This document shows, in pieces, positions 1 to 15,869 of a DNA stretch of 64,000 nt (positions are counted from its first letter, which is position 1; every line of letters begins with the position of its first letter). This stretch comes from the human T2T-CHM13v2.0 reference genome, Homo sapiens. The DNA lies in assembly GCF_009914755.1 (NCBI RefSeq), contig NC_060936.1. The stretch is one strand, 5' to 3'. A model generated the notes under the pieces. That model did no database searches. It was not told the origin of the DNA and was given only the letters and a program-made list of their open reading frames with translations. The position numbers and the translations under genes were made by a program.

Positions 1-247
1 GCAGGTAGGCATTCTTTTAAAATGATTTCCTGAGTTTACTGACTTTTTGTTATCTAAGAAACTTTTGGTCTAGACCACGTCAGACAACAGGATTTCTACT
101 ATAAAAGAAAAAAATTCAAAATTTGAAAATTCAGGTTTTAATATTTCCAAAATTATTACTATTGCAAAGTCAGTTATAACCACAGAAGCACACTTTTCAG
201 GACAGTGGTGCATCACAGAAAGAGAAATGCTTTAAAAGCTCACAGCC

Positions 248-636
<389 letters not shown>

Positions 637-3600
637 TCAAAGCATAAAAGTATAGAATAAATGTTATCAGGTTTAATTACCTTGGCCAAAACCTAGGATC
701 TATATTAACATACATAGTACATATTTAAATGTTTGCAAGGGAAATTTAAAAGGAAAAGCTTTTATGGGAAAGTTATGTGCTGACATATTAAGGTGCCAAT
801 ACAGACCAAATCAAAGGGCACTGGGTAAGTAAAGCATCACTCCTCAAGTGAAATAAAATGACAGTTTTCATCCAATTTGAACGATAATTATAATTAACAT
901 CCCCATCTCTCCTGACATTGTGGTCCTAAATAGAACTCTTAGATTTAGCTGTGATGATGGGATAGAGAGCTATTCAGATCTAAGATTATGAATTATGCTT
1001 ATTTTACTTTTAGTATTTTATTGCTATGATTATTGCTTCATTTCAGGCCGAGTGCTTTTCAGCAGAACATTAAGTATCCCTACCATATGGTATTTAAATG
1101 TTATTGTCCCAATAAATTAACAAAAAGGTCCCATAAATTGGGTGTTGGCATACTGGGGATATCCTAGATATTCTCAAAGGTCTTTTAAATGGACAGTTAA
1201 TAAAGAAAGATGTTCTGTCCGAGGATTCAACAGGAATATTCTGTAATATTCTGTTTATTTGTTCATTCTCCATTTTTAACATTTTTGGCAGCTCATTGTT
1301 TGCTAGGAAATTCATCGCAGAAGGGAATTTCTACTACCAAATGTTTTTTGACAACACAAAAGAAAGAATGGATGACATTAAATGACACATCTGTATCCAT
1401 TTGGCCCTAACTGGTAAAGCAAAAAATATGAACCACAATCTTTCTAAAAGACATGACTAGATCACATGAATCTGTGTATTGATTAATTAAGTAAGAAAGA
1501 AAAGAACAAAGTAATACAGAGATGTAGTTATAAGGATTAGCAGGCACTTTACAATGTCACTGGTACAGGAAAGGGACCCTCAACATTCTTAGACAAGAAA
1601 CATATTTTCCACTGAGCTTGTGAGAGCAAAACTAGGATTTTCTCTTAGTTCCAATTAATCAATTACTAAGTTAATCAGGTTATAGATGATTCAAAGAAGG
1701 GTAAGTCGTGGTGTATTTCCTTAGCAAATGAGCACACAATTAGAAAGTGAAACATTTTGCAAAAGAATTCAGTGCTAAAATATCTGGTTTTAAGTGCAAA
1801 AGGAGTTCAGAGGTGGGGAACCATGTAACTGAAAGCCCAAATCTAGAGATTAGATGGACAAATCTTTACAGTGGGTATGGGTAGGTTAGAGTTGGTAAAT
1901 AAAGTTTTGTCAGTTTATGGTTGAGACTATGGAGAACTTTGAGAGCTAGGCAAAAGCCTTAAAGGTGGAGACAACAAAATAGCAGGATAGTTGGAAGAAT
2001 TTTATAGCAGGATACTTTCAGTGTGTGTGTCCAAATATATTTAGAAAATAAGATTAGATTAATTCTTTTTTTAATACTTGAGACTACTGAGCAAGTAGTA
2101 GTTGTAGCAGTAGTAGTTTTAATGTACTAGCAGTACTAATGATAAAAGATTATTATTAGAAGTTTTACTGACTTCAGAGCAAGAATTAAAAGGGCAAAAA
2201 TGAGATAATTGTACAGGCTTATTATTTTACTCTTCAATAACTGAAAATAATATGTCAAAATCAGAGTTGATAATAAAGACTGCATGTACTTTGAGGGTGG
2301 AGAGAGAAGGAAGGAGGTACCCTGTTTCATACAGAACACTAATAAACTACACCACACAAAATTTAATCTGTTATACATCTTCATGAAGCTTTGGGGAGGA
2401 TAAAAATTTTATCAATTTGTATGCTGTTGCTTCATTTTGATTTCTTGTAATTGTAAACAAATTGAGCAGAAACTACATTTATTATCACAGAGATAAGAAA
2501 CTGAGGCTGTCTCAGAGGAGAATTATTAACATCTCATTTAACTTATACAGACAGATAAATTTTTGAAGGATGGAAATTGTGAGAAATTTTGTCACATTTA
2601 AAAATAAACTTCAAAAATTAAACTCTCAACTGCAAAGAAATACCATATGGTAGTTTTCAAACAGACCATGTGTAATGATTTCATCTTTAAGGAATTCAGA
2701 GTAGAAGGGCTTTTTCTTTAACTAACATAAGCCTTAACAAAAGCAACAGTAACACTACCCAGGAAATATTAGCATTTCATTTTTTCCAAGAAAAATTTTG
2801 ATAAACTTTACAACTTAAAATTTGACTATATGCTGAATACTAAAGCTATCAATAAGGGAAAGTACTCCTTTATCATTCACATCAATGGTCTTTCAAAATC
2901 TGGAAACTGTTTATGGATATGATTCCCATTTTATAATCCACTTACTGTAACCACATGAGGGCCACATAAAGCAAGCTTAAATTACTGTAGTCACTGATTT
3001 GGTGATATATTTTATTAAGCACTTGTTTTGTATTTCATCTACAAGGGCATACAGAAAAGAACAAAGTATCAGCTACTAGAGAGTGATTTTACCAGTAAAT
3101 GATCATGTCAAGTTTTAGAAAATGTTTTCTTCACTTTACTGACTTCTACTCTATTACAGTCTTTCATTAACACCCTATTTCACTGCATTGAATTTAAAAA
3201 TGTCTGCAAAAGTGATAAATGTGTTTTAGTATAATTTTTGGAGAGTTCTTTTAACGACAAAGAATCTCTATGTTCCATCACTGGAGCTAAAGTATTGCCA
3301 TGCTCAACACAAAGTGTCCATTTTACCCCATTCTCAAGGCTCTTGTTAGAACTATGCAATTACTGATCTTGATTCAAAATGTTAGAAAAAATTAGAGTGA
3401 GTTTTAGAAGACAAGCAGGGAACTTTTCCTGAATTTTAACTATAACAGTATAATAAATCATGTAAATTATCCTGATTATACTTTGTACCTGGGCATGGTT
3501 TATGCACTCCCAGACGTGGATTACTTTCCAAAGAATGGTTCATTGGCCTACCTTCAGAAGGCTCTCAGTTTCCTTTTTGCTGTTTCCCACAAGGACTATT

Positions 3601-5798
3601 TTTAGGTATACTGCATATTTTGTGATCTCAATTGGGGTGGGGGTGGAGGAAGAACACTCCATCTTAATTATGGATCTTAAAGACTTTCAAATGTACATAA
3701 ACAAAGGTAATATGAAAAACACATAGCTTGCATGTGGTACACAGAACAAATTTGATAAAAATCATTTTTCCTCTTGCAACATTTTTTAAACAACTATATT
3801 ACTGGCTTAGTGAATAGCTTAGGTAATTTAGTATTCCTTTATACAGTGATTTGGTTACATTCTAATATCTTATTCTTTATTTTTTATATGCCACCCTTCT
3901 CTCATTCTTTTAAAAAATGATCCCAGTTAGAACATGACAACTACAAATATTTCATGTTTTATAGAGAAAGTGAATGGCACATTATATGCACACCTATATT
4001 TTATTAAACTAAAAATTCCCTGGTTTCTAGAAGTCAGTTTTCTTTCACCATAAACTTTTATCTAATATTTTAAAAGATTATTGAGGGATGAGGAGGAGGG
4101 ATGGGATTTACTACTGATATCCTTTGTAGTTACAGTGCGTACTAGGTCTTGTATTTCTTTTGTATCCCCCAAAGTACTGAATATTGGGTATACTAAATGT
4201 GTTTAATAAATACTTGTTGATCTGACTTGTTCTTACAGAATGGTACTGTTTCTAATATACAAGAACATCTGTTATTTGGCAATGACTGGGAATGAGATGT
4301 TCTGTATTAGTGAGTTTTAAAAAATAATAAGCTTAACCCACTAAATACTTAAATGACACTTTTACCTTCTTTTGGAGGAGGAGATAATAATTTTTTCTAA
4401 ATGAATATGCACTTCTTTACCTCTCAAATACTGTAATAATTTTAGCCTTCTTTCAATGACACTAGGTCATAACTATGAACGTATTTATATTTTTCTGTGC
4501 ATATGCATATACAAACACACACATAAAGCATCAGTATTTTTATCAACCTGTGTATATATGTGTGCATATATTTTTATATATACATGTATATGCATGTGAG
4601 TGCATCTGCATATGGTAGACATGATGAGGGATCATAAAGAAAATGGTGTAGAATATAAGGCTGAATGACTAGCAACCCCATGCTTTACTTGGGAATTTCT
4701 TTTATTAAACACATCTATCAGACGCTTGCTTTTTGTTTCAGTAATGGCACCTTTTTCATAAAGATACATATTTCTTCATCAAGATATATACTTGTCATAC
4801 TTTTCATACAGAAAATATTGCAAGAATATTATCTTACTTTTTCAACTTGACATCCTATGATTTATCTTGCTATGTTATTCCTATTTTGATTACCTGTATT
4901 TCCCTATTTCTCTAATGAGATTTAATTTCATTGTATTACTACTAACATGAGCTTTTATCCTAAAACTGTAGATCTGCTCAGCGCTATGACACTGTAGAAC
5001 TCCAGATGGCACTATTTACATTATACTCTACACAACTCATAAATCTCTACAACTGTGCAACTTGACTGCCTTGCCTCTGCCTTACATTTTCATGTTATCT
5101 TATTTTTCTGATATCCAGTCTTACTCATTGTAAAGAAGAAGAAAGACTACCTATGTCTTCATATGTAGTTGTTATCTGAGCTTATACACAATGCATTATT
5201 ATTCTCTTTGTTTTCCTTTTATAGAATATATCATAAAATTAAGGGACGATAATAATTTTCTGTACTTATATATTTGGAAGGCTACATTTTCTGTGAGTTT
5301 CATTTAAAAAGGTGTGGTAGGCATTATAAAATGTTTGTTAGAAAGGCAGTGTTGGAACTGATAAAGACCAACTTTAATGAGAACCCAATTTTCTTATAAA
5401 CTTGCACAGATCATAGAATAGTAAAATTAGATGGAGTCTTAGATAAAATGTAATCTATCATCTTCCATAATAACATTTTGTATTATCAGAGGTACCTTTG
5501 TTCACAGTACGACTCTTTATTCTGTTTGATTCAGAATTTGGCAATTTTCAATACAACACATACATTTCATGAACCTATTCAGGTCACAGATTGTTTTAAA
5601 ATAGTGTTCCTAGGGCAAAATTCTGCTAGCTGATTATAATATAGTGTCTTTCTTGGAAATGTCAAAGTGAAACATCAGAAAATATGCATAGATCAAAATA
5701 TTGAGGTTATTTTAAATTTTCTTAAGTAAGCACTGGGTCTGCTCTTTACAGTACAGAATACATATTGTAGAACTGCTCATATGATATACTCTCTTGTC

Positions 5799-5861
5799 AC
5801 ATATGTGATAATGTAAGAATATATATGTGATATTGTAAGAATCTTACATTATCACATATGT
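5799..5861. repeat. Direct plus inverted 20-bp repeat (hairpin/cruciform-capable)
   Basis: ACATATGTGATAATGTAAGA (5799-5818), a 2-mismatch direct copy (5821-5840) and an exact reverse complement (5842-5861). Confidence 0.9.
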
Positions 5862-7668
5862 CCTCTTAGAATTCCTTCTTTCCTTGCTATGAGAGTGTAT
5901 GATACTATCTACTCTTTCTCATTTTAAACTTGTTTTTATATACGTTCTGTTTTTAAAAAAATCTTACCTATATTGCTTAGGTTTTGGCCTAAGAGGTTTG
6001 GCTTTAATAACCAATCAGAGTTGTTTATTTTTGGTTGGTGAACTAAGCTGTAAATTCTAAAAATACTCCTAGTTTGATGTTGTGCATCAACCCGAAAATC
6101 TCGGTGGTTTACAGAAATAAGCATAAATTTCTTGCACATGGGTCTATGGGAAGCTCTGTTTCCATAATGCCATATGGGTCCATATCTGCTCCACGTGTTT
6201 CTCATTCTGGGATCAGTAGCTATCTAGGACATGCTCATCTCATAGCAAATGACAGAGCACAGGAGGTCAAGTCAAGCCAGGCAAAACATTTGAAGCTTCT
6301 GCTGTGTCACACCTGTTAATGCTACATTGGCCTAAACAATTCACAAAGCTAGGGCTAATTAGATGGGAAAATCTCCTTTCATGGGAAGGTGAAAGGAAAG
6401 CAAATATTTGTTGAACAATAATATCAACAACCAGTCTGGCAAAATGAGAAACTTAGAGGCAATGTAGTCAGGTTTTTAAAAAATTAAATTTATTTAAACT
6501 AAAAGACTTACTCTTTAGTTATTCCTTTCCTACTTTTTAGAGTAATAATGTCCTTTCTTTTACAAAATGATAGTGGTAGAAGGCAGTAAACTTAAGTCTT
6601 ATATTCGACAAAATAAAAAGTTAGCAACCCTATGTCAGTCCCCTAAATTTTTAGAGAATTTTGCTAGTTTACAAAAAAAATCTCAGAGTCATAAGAAAAC
6701 AAACAAACAAAAACATAGACTACTGAGTGTGATCCTAGGTCTCTCCGGCTTTCGTTCACTATTCAGAGGCCATTCCTTGGCTTGCAAAGACACTCATTTT
6801 TCCCCTTTGCAGGTTTCATTATTCCAAATGCTTGTGATTAGGAAAATCTATGTTTTAAAGAGCTGAAATGCCATTATTTATTTCCAGTGACCGAATTTTT
6901 ACCTTAAAACGATTCCATTTACTCTTCAGGTCACTATACAAACTTGGTTTTGTAGTACCTGGGGCCCTAGAATCTTAATGTCATGTAAATCTTTCATATC
7001 TCTGACATGAAAATTTTAACAGGCAGTACATAAAGAATAATGGCCTATGACTCTATCACTTTAAAAAGATGAGCTATATTAAGAAGATTAAAAATTTAAA
7101 AAGTAGCTAGCAGCTTTACTTCTAATGTGAAGTCATACATATTTCATAGTTTTATATGTACATAAGTACTAATAAATACTAAGGATTTTGGCATAGTTTT
7201 ATGAAACATTATGCAAAACAGCAGAGCAGCAGTTTTTCTCTCCCTCACAGTATCGTTAAAGCAAATGAAGCAACTGACACCCTTCCAATGACTGATGCAC
7301 TCATTTCACTCCTGACTCCTCAGCTTATTTCCACCTGCTATTCTTCCTTTTCATCTTGTTCTTTATTTGTGATATTCTCCAGCTTTACACACTATTAAAA
7401 TGTTATAGCTACCTCATCTGTTCTAAATTAGGGGGTGAGGTAGAAGAACATAATAGTTAAATGTATTGTATCTAAAGAAAACCTTATGCAGAAACCTCTG
7501 AATTTATCAAAACACTAAATTTTCCATCAATCTTATGTAGCAGATGAGAGTCATAGTTCATTATTCCACACAAACTTATCATACAGCATCTGTAAAGTAA
7601 CTTGACAACTGCATTTTACTCCTACTTATCTTGTCCAATATTGAAGAATTTGATCCAATATGTTTGTG

Positions 7669-7964
7669 TTTTTTTTTTTTTTGAGATGGAGTGTCGCTAT
7701 GCCACCCAGGCTGGAGTGCAGTGAAACAAGCTTGACTCACTGCAACCTCAGCCTCCCAGGTTCAAGCGATTCCCTTGCCTCAGTCCCCCGAGTAGCTGGA
7801 ATCACAAGTGCGCACTACCGTGCCTGGCTAATTTTTGTATGTTTAGTAGAAATGGAGTTTCGCCATGTTGGTCAGGCTGGTCATTAACTCCTGACCTCAG
7901 GTGATCTGCCCACCTTGGTCTCCCAAAGAGCTGAGATTATAGGCGTGTGGCACTGTGCCCAGTC
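7669..7964 (-). mobile_element. Alu
   Basis: Antisense Alu consensus; TCCAATAT on both flanks. Confidence 0.95.
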
Positions 7965-8238
7965 CAATATAGATTTGGATTTCATAAATGTGAAAATCTG
8001 AAATAAGAGATAAAAGACACCCATGGGAGGCAAGGAAGTTTTCATTAATGGTGATGAGGACTATCTCACTGGTTTTGAAACTCATGTTTGTGCCATACCT
8101 ACAGTTCAAATAAGGTATGCTTCTTTTACAACACTCTATAGAATTTATGTAAAAGTCACATTTTTTTTTCTCATTTTAAAAATGTAATTCTCATTAAAAT
8201 GGCAATTTAAAAATGTGGTTATAACATAAGCAACATAC

Positions 8239-8333
8239 CTGCAGGTGTGATCGTCACTCACACTTGCAATTTCTTGGCCTTCTTTGGGATCAAACACCAA
8301 ACCATTAATGAAATCGGTATGGCCCTCTAAAAC
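8239..8333 (-). CDS. NUP37: NUP37 coding exon 4 (95 nt), WD40 repeat
   Basis: Acceptor ctttctgtcag|GTT; translates VLEGHTDFINGLVFDPKEGQEIASVSDDHTC(R) with the WD40 GH motif; donor CAG|GTATGT. No next exon found in 1-8238. Confidence 0.97.
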
Positions 8334-10164
8334 CTGACAGAAAGAGAAACAGAAAGCTTAGCAAGAAAACAGAAAAATAACCTACAATATTCCTACATAA
8401 TATTTTTGCTTCACTGCCTTAAAAGCTTTCACTGCCTGTTTTTCTATAAATATTTCTTAAGCAATCCGCTATTTTTAAAGCACGATTTATACACCCACTT
8501 TTCTAGAAGGTTTATCTTGGGAAAAAAATTGATCATTCAACACACTATTAGCTTAGTCTTTCTTTTCTAGTATGCATTTCTTACAAAAACACACACACAC
8601 ACACATTTTTATTGTACCTGTCCTCATATCACCTCCTTTCTCACTTATTATATAAAGCCTAAATAAAAATTAGAGCTAGAAAACTTTTTAGGGGTACCGA
8701 GGTAGGGTACCTCTAGGCTTTTTACATTATATCTGCTGTTCTGCATACTCACTACTTAACAAACACACACAGGATGGACTTCACCATCTAATGCCTTCAT
8801 TTACATGCTCAATGTGACTGCTAGCAGTGAAGACAGCTAGTTGTTATAAGCCCATAGTTATCACCAACACAAAAAATCTCGACACAGAAGCAACAAATGA
8901 GAAGTTGCACAGTGGAGGACTGTGTGAGCAGATAAAGTTCAATCTGTCTAAATCTTCATAGTTGAAATCCTAAATAGGCCTGTCAGATAATTACTTTAAT
9001 GGTTATCATTCTTTCTACCCTTCCTTCTTTCCAAAAACTCAAATTTGATCTCAGTTCTGAGGTTATTAAAGCAGTTCTATATAGTACTGCTCACTATGTA
9101 GAAATGTAATATTAAAAAAAAAACAAAAAACAAAAAGATTTGGGTCAAACATTCCTGAGCAACTTTAACAAACCCAGGTCCTCCAAATCATTCTCCAAAG
9201 CTTCTGTCACAGTCTACAAGACAAACTAAATTAACCGTAAATGTTTAATGTGTATTATAACTAGCATATTAACTTTGGATAGGTCAAAATTTTATGTGCC
9301 ATTTATATACTTGGTTATTTCTGGTACAGCCTTAAATTAACCAATCCATACAGTACATTAAGCCCACTGTAAATAGCTTACAGCATAATTTTTACTATTT
9401 TCTAAATGATTGGAAAGGTTTGTAATTTATCTTTGTTTTATAACAATATTCATATTTTGGCTTATTAGAAAGCCAAGAAGGCAATACCATTCTTAAAAGA
9501 AAACATGATGCAATTTTGACCCAATCTGAGGGTTATTATTATAGTAATAGAAAACACACATACGGCGTTTACTATGTATCAACATTATTCTAAGCGTTTT
9601 ATATGAATTTGCTCAGTCAATGCTCATAATCCTATAAGGCAGCTGCTATGATTACCCACATTTTACAGGTAAGGATATTAGCACAAAGAGATTAGGTTAC
9701 TTAACCAAGGTCACACCACGACTAAGTAATAACACTGGAGTTTAAATGCAAGGAATCTGGCTTCTGTGTCTGTGCTCTTAACCGCTTTGGAATTCTGCCT
9801 GTGCTATGCTGTACTGATCATTTGTTCCCATGAAGTTCAACTCTTACTCTATGAATGGTCATGTCTATTATACTCCTACTATATCCAACTGTAAATTTCT
9901 AGTTTTCTTATTTGTTGTTCCTACCTAATATTTCAATTTAATAAGAGATATCAGATTTATAATCTGCAGTCATTAAGAACTTAGTTCTTAATAATATAGT
10001 AAGCTAGTTATTATAACCTATAGTAGAGTAAATGAGACTCTAAATTATATACTTTAATGATGACCATAAAAAGCCATTTTAAATTGGAATAAATCCAATT
10101 AAAAAAGCAAAAAACAAACACGTTTTAAAATAAGCTCTAAAGATTTATATGGTTGTCAACATAC

Positions 10165-10237
10165 CTTATATTCATTTTTATCCTGAAGATCTGAAGTAAA
10201 TAATCTAATTTTCATATCAGCAGCTGAAGTACAAAAT
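10165..10237 (-). CDS. NUP37: NUP37 coding exon 3 (73 nt)
   Basis: Acceptor ttttgcttccag|A completes the split Lys codon; translates FCTSAADMKIRLFTSDLQDKNEYK; donor AAG|GTATGT. Confidence 0.97.
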
Positions 10238-10830
10238 CTGGAAGCAAAAAAACAAAAATATACCAATTTTTAGCCTTTGTAAGTGAAAGGTCTCCCCCTC
10301 CCCCCCATCCTTCCCTTCAGATCACTGAAGCTTTTATCATAACTCATAATCATGCTTTTTATGGAGGGGGAAAGAAGAATGTTGTGGCTCTACTGTAAAA
10401 AGTATTATACAGCCATCACAGAAAGTAGGAGTCATATTATTTTATTTTGAGAACACACAAAAGGTTAGTCTATTCTGGATGTGCTTCTTCAGTAATAAAA
10501 GTGTAGAATTTTACACTAAATCAGCACTTGAATTTAATTTTAAACGTTTTCTTAAAAGCATAAAAGGATGGATTTTAAAAAGTATCTTCATTTTAGCCAG
10601 GTCACCAAGACATATTAAAAATATTGTTATACATCTACCTTAGTCTTTGCCCTCTTCTGTTATCCATAATCCTTAGTTTTTTCTATTCCTCCAAATAAAT
10701 CAGATGAAGTAAGATACTATTTTTATAACTATAAAAGCTGATAATATTTATACCTACTAAAAGCTGGAGTATTATTTATACTTTAAACATTTAAAACATG
10801 TTTTTCAGTAGTTAATCAATGGATTATTAA

Positions 10831-11170
<340 letters not shown>

Positions 11171-11526
11171 TAAACTAGTTTATCTTTAATCCTAAATTTT
11201 CTAGATTCTCAGGATGTGAGACAATGGCTGAGAAAAAAATTTAAATTATATTTATATACTGAAAAACAAAGTTTATTTTCAATTCTTTGGTAGAAAGAGT
11301 ATCATACACAAATCTAAATTTATTCTTTAGTTTGAGTACAGTGAGCCATTTTTTCTCAACTAAAGGCTCTTAATCCACAGACCCTGATGTGTTGGTAGAC
11401 CTTTGCTACTACACCCCTTTCCAGTAATTTGTCAAGAGTTGTTAGAGAAAACAGATCAAAGCCACCAGGGAATGATTCTTTGTCCAAGGTCTTCTCAGAG
11501 GCAAAATTAAAGTTGTAGTGGAATAA

Positions 11527-13137
11527 AGCATGTCTTCTTTCAAGAAATGTCTGTCTACTCAGGTTCTTTGCCCATTTTAAAATATAACTGTTTTCTTGTG
11601 ATTGAGTAATTTGAGTTCCCTACATATTGTTGATATTAGCCCCTTATCAAGATGTATGATTTGCAAATATTTTCTCACAATCTGTAGGTTGCATCTTCAC
11701 TCTGTTGTTTCCTTTGCTGTGCAGCTCTTTAGTTTAATACAATTCCACTTGTCTAGTTTTGCTTTTGTTTCCTGTGCTTTTAGGGTCAGATCCAAAAAAT
11801 TCACTGTTGTGGAGATTAATGTTGTGAAGCTTTTTCTGTTTTCTTCTAGCCATTTTACAGTTTAAGGTCTTAAGTTTAAGTCTTTAATCCAATTTCAGTT
11901 GATTCTGCATATGGAGTGAAATAACGGTTCAATTTCATTCTTCTGTGTGTAAATACAGTTTTGCAACATCATTCATTGAAGACACTGTCCTTTCTTCATT
12001 TTATGTTCTTGGCACCTTTGTAAATAATCGATTGACCATAAATGCATGAATTTATTTCTGGGCTCTCTATCTTATTCTATTGGTCAAGGTATCTCTTTTT
12101 ATGTTAGTACCATGCTGTCTTGAATACCATAGCTTTTATTTTGAAATCAGGTAGTGTGATGCCTCCGGGTTTGTTCTTTTTTTTGCTCAAAATTGCTTTG
12201 GCTATCTGGGGTGTTTTATAATTTCATATAAATTTTTTAATTGATTTTTCTATTTCTGTGAAGAATGACATTGGAGTTTTGATAGATAGGCATTGCATTG
12301 AATCTGTGGATTGCTTTGAGGAGTAAGAACATTTTAACAATATTAATTCATCCAATCCATGAACACAGGATATCTTTCCAATTATTTGTGCCAAGTTCAA
12401 TGTCTTTCATCAATGTTTTATCGTTTCTGTGTACAGATCTTTTACCAACTCAGTTAAATTTATTCCCAAGATATTTTGATGCTTTTGTAAATCATATTAC
12501 CTTAATTTCTTTTTCAGATAGTTCATTGTTAGTATATTAGAAAGGTTACTGATTTTTGAATGTTGATTTGTATCATGCAACCTTACTGAATTCACTAATC
12601 AGTTCTAACAGTTTTTTGGTGGAGTCTTTAGCTTTTCTATATATAAGATCATGTATCAGGAAACAGACAATTTAACTTCTTCCTTTCCTATTTGGATGCG
12701 TTTTAATTCTTTTTCATATCTAATTGCTCTGGCTAGGACTTCAAGTACTATGTTGACAAAATACTAGCAAACTGTATTCAAGAGTACATTAAAAAGATCA
12801 TTCACCATGATCAAGTGGGACTTATCTCTGGGATGCAACAATGTTCAACATATGCAAATAAATATATGTGGTTCACTTTATTAACAGAATGAAAGACAAA
12901 AACCACATCATCTCAAAAGATGCAGAAAAAGAATGTGACTAAATACAACATTTCTTGATAAAAACTCAACAAATTAGGTATAGACAAAATGTTCCGCATC
13001 ACAATATAGGCCATCTATGACGAGCCCACAGGTAACATCATTCTTAATGGTGAGAAGATGGTGGTCTCTCTTTTAAGATTAGGAACAAGACAAGGATGCC
13101 CATTTTTGCCACTTATATTCAAAATAATACTGCAAGT
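11527..13137 (-). mobile_element. Old L1 ORF2 fragment with 5' inversion (body 11527-12755 on -, inverted part 12756-13137 on +)
   Basis: Minus-strand ORF2 homology switches to plus-strand KILAN...HHDQVG...PLIFKII homology. Confidence 0.8.
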
Positions 13138-14280
13138 TAGGTAATTCTATTTTTAATTTTCTGAGGAACCTTTGGAATGTTTTTCATAGCAGCTGCACCA
13201 TTGCTACATACTGACCAACAGTATAGAAAAGTTTCAATTTCTCCACATCCCGGGTCAACATTTGTTATTTTCTGCTTTTCTAGTAGTGGCAATCCTAACA
13301 TGTGAGGTAACCTCTCATGTGGTTTTGATTTGTATTTCTTTAATGATTAGGGATGTTGAACATCTTTTTATATGCCTGTTGGCCATTCATATACCTTCTT
13401 TGGAGAAATGTTCATTTAAGTCTTTTTGAATCATTTTTAAATTGGATCATTTATTTTGTTGTGGTTGAGTTGTAGAAGTTTTTTGTATACATTCTGGATA
13501 TTTATCCCTTGTTAGGTATATGGGTTGCAAATATTTTCCCCCATTCTATGGGTTGCCTTTTGACTCTGTTGACTTCCCTTGCCATGTACTAGTTTTAAAG
13601 TTTGATTTAGTCTCATTTGTCTATTTTTTGCTTTTGTTGCCTGTGCTTTTGTTATCAAAACTAAGAAAAAACTGCCAAATCTGGTGTCATAAAGCTTCTC
13701 TCAGATATTTTCTTTTAGGAGTTTTATAGTTTCAGGTCTTATGTTTAGGTCCCATTTTGAGCTCATTTGTGTAAAGTCCAATTTTATCATTCTGCATGAT
13801 ACTCAGTTTATTCAACACCATTTGTTGAACAGACTATCCTTTTCCCCATTGTGTAGCCTTGGAACCTTTGTCAAAGATCATTTGATGGCTATGTGAAGGT
13901 ATTTTTCCTAAGTTTTCCACTCTGTTCCATTGGTCTACATATTTATCTTTATGCCAGTACCATACTGTTTTGATTACTGTATAGCATTGCGATACGATTT
14001 GAAATAAAGAAGTGTGAGAACTTCAGCTTTCTCAAGATTGTTTTGGTCATTTGGGGTCCTTTGAGGTTCCATCTGAATTTTAGGATGGCTTTTCTGTTTC
14101 TGTAAAAAGTGCCACAGAGATTGATAAAGACGTCATTGAATTTGTAGAGCTTTGGGTAGCACAGACACTTTAACACTATGAAATCTTTCAATCCATGAAC
14201 ACAGGCTGTCTTTCTATTTATTTGTGTCTTTAATTTCTTTCTGCAATGTTTTGTAGCTTTTAGTCTTTGGCTTCGTTGGT
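13138..14280 (-). mobile_element. Old L1 (L1M-type) ORF2 3' fragment
   Basis: ORF 13949-14191 (-) resembles L1 ORF2 (ILKFRWNLKGPQMTKTIL). Confidence 0.75.
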
Positions 14281-14326
14281 TGTCTAGTGAGGGTTTATAT
14301 GAAAGGGGATACTGTGCACTACATTA

Positions 14327-15020
<694 letters not shown>

Positions 15021-15024
15021 TCAA

Positions 15025-15430
15025 AAAGATAAGTCTATGTGTTAACCCCTGGTAACTACGAGTGCTGCCTTATTTGAAAATAGGGTTTTGCAAACATGAT
15101 TAAATTAAAGGATACTAAGATGATCATCCTGGATCTAGGGTGGGCCCAAAATTTAACAATGAATGAACACAAAAAAGGATAAACACAGAGGAGATATGAA
15201 GGGTAAGAGATTGAAGTGATGCATCAACAAGGCAAAGAAAGTCAAGGACTCCTGGCTACCATCAGAATCTAGAAAACAGGCATGGAATGGATTCTCCCTC
15301 AGAGCCTAATAAACCAACCCCACTGATAACTTGATTTTGAATATGTGCCTCCAAAACTGTGATAATAAATTTCTGTTGTTGTTTTAAGTCATCATGTTTG
15401 TGGTGGTTTGTTATGGCAACAGTGGGAAAT
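15025..15430 (+). mobile_element. MaLR (MLT1-type) LTR
   Basis: Typical MLT1 motifs CCTTATTTGAAAATAGGGT and AATAAATTTCTGTTGTTGTTTTAAG...TTTGTTATGGCA. Confidence 0.7.
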
Positions 15431-15869
15431 AAAGACGCCATCATAAATAGTATACAAATATATGACTGTTTCATTAAATTGCTTAACAGATGTTGAGTAT
15501 CAAGTTATCCCCTAAAAATGTGCCATATTTTAACAACATTTTCATTTGATTAACCAAGTCAGCCTAGTGGTGCCTTTATTACTTCTTAGCTATGCAACTT
15601 GAAGATGACATTTAAAAACTCAGGGCTCAGTTTCCTCCTCAATAAAGTAAAGGAGACTAGATTAGTTTACTTCTAATGCCCTTTGTATTAATAAATGAAA
15701 GCACTCTATCAATCTCATTTTAAAATGCAAATGTACACTCTTATCATTACTTTCATTTAACCTAACAAATACCTATATTTAATTAACAATGAATTATAAA
15801 AATAGGTGCTTTGATTTGGGACATTACAGGTCTGGCAAAAAGCAAAAAAAACCAAGGAAAGCCAAAACC

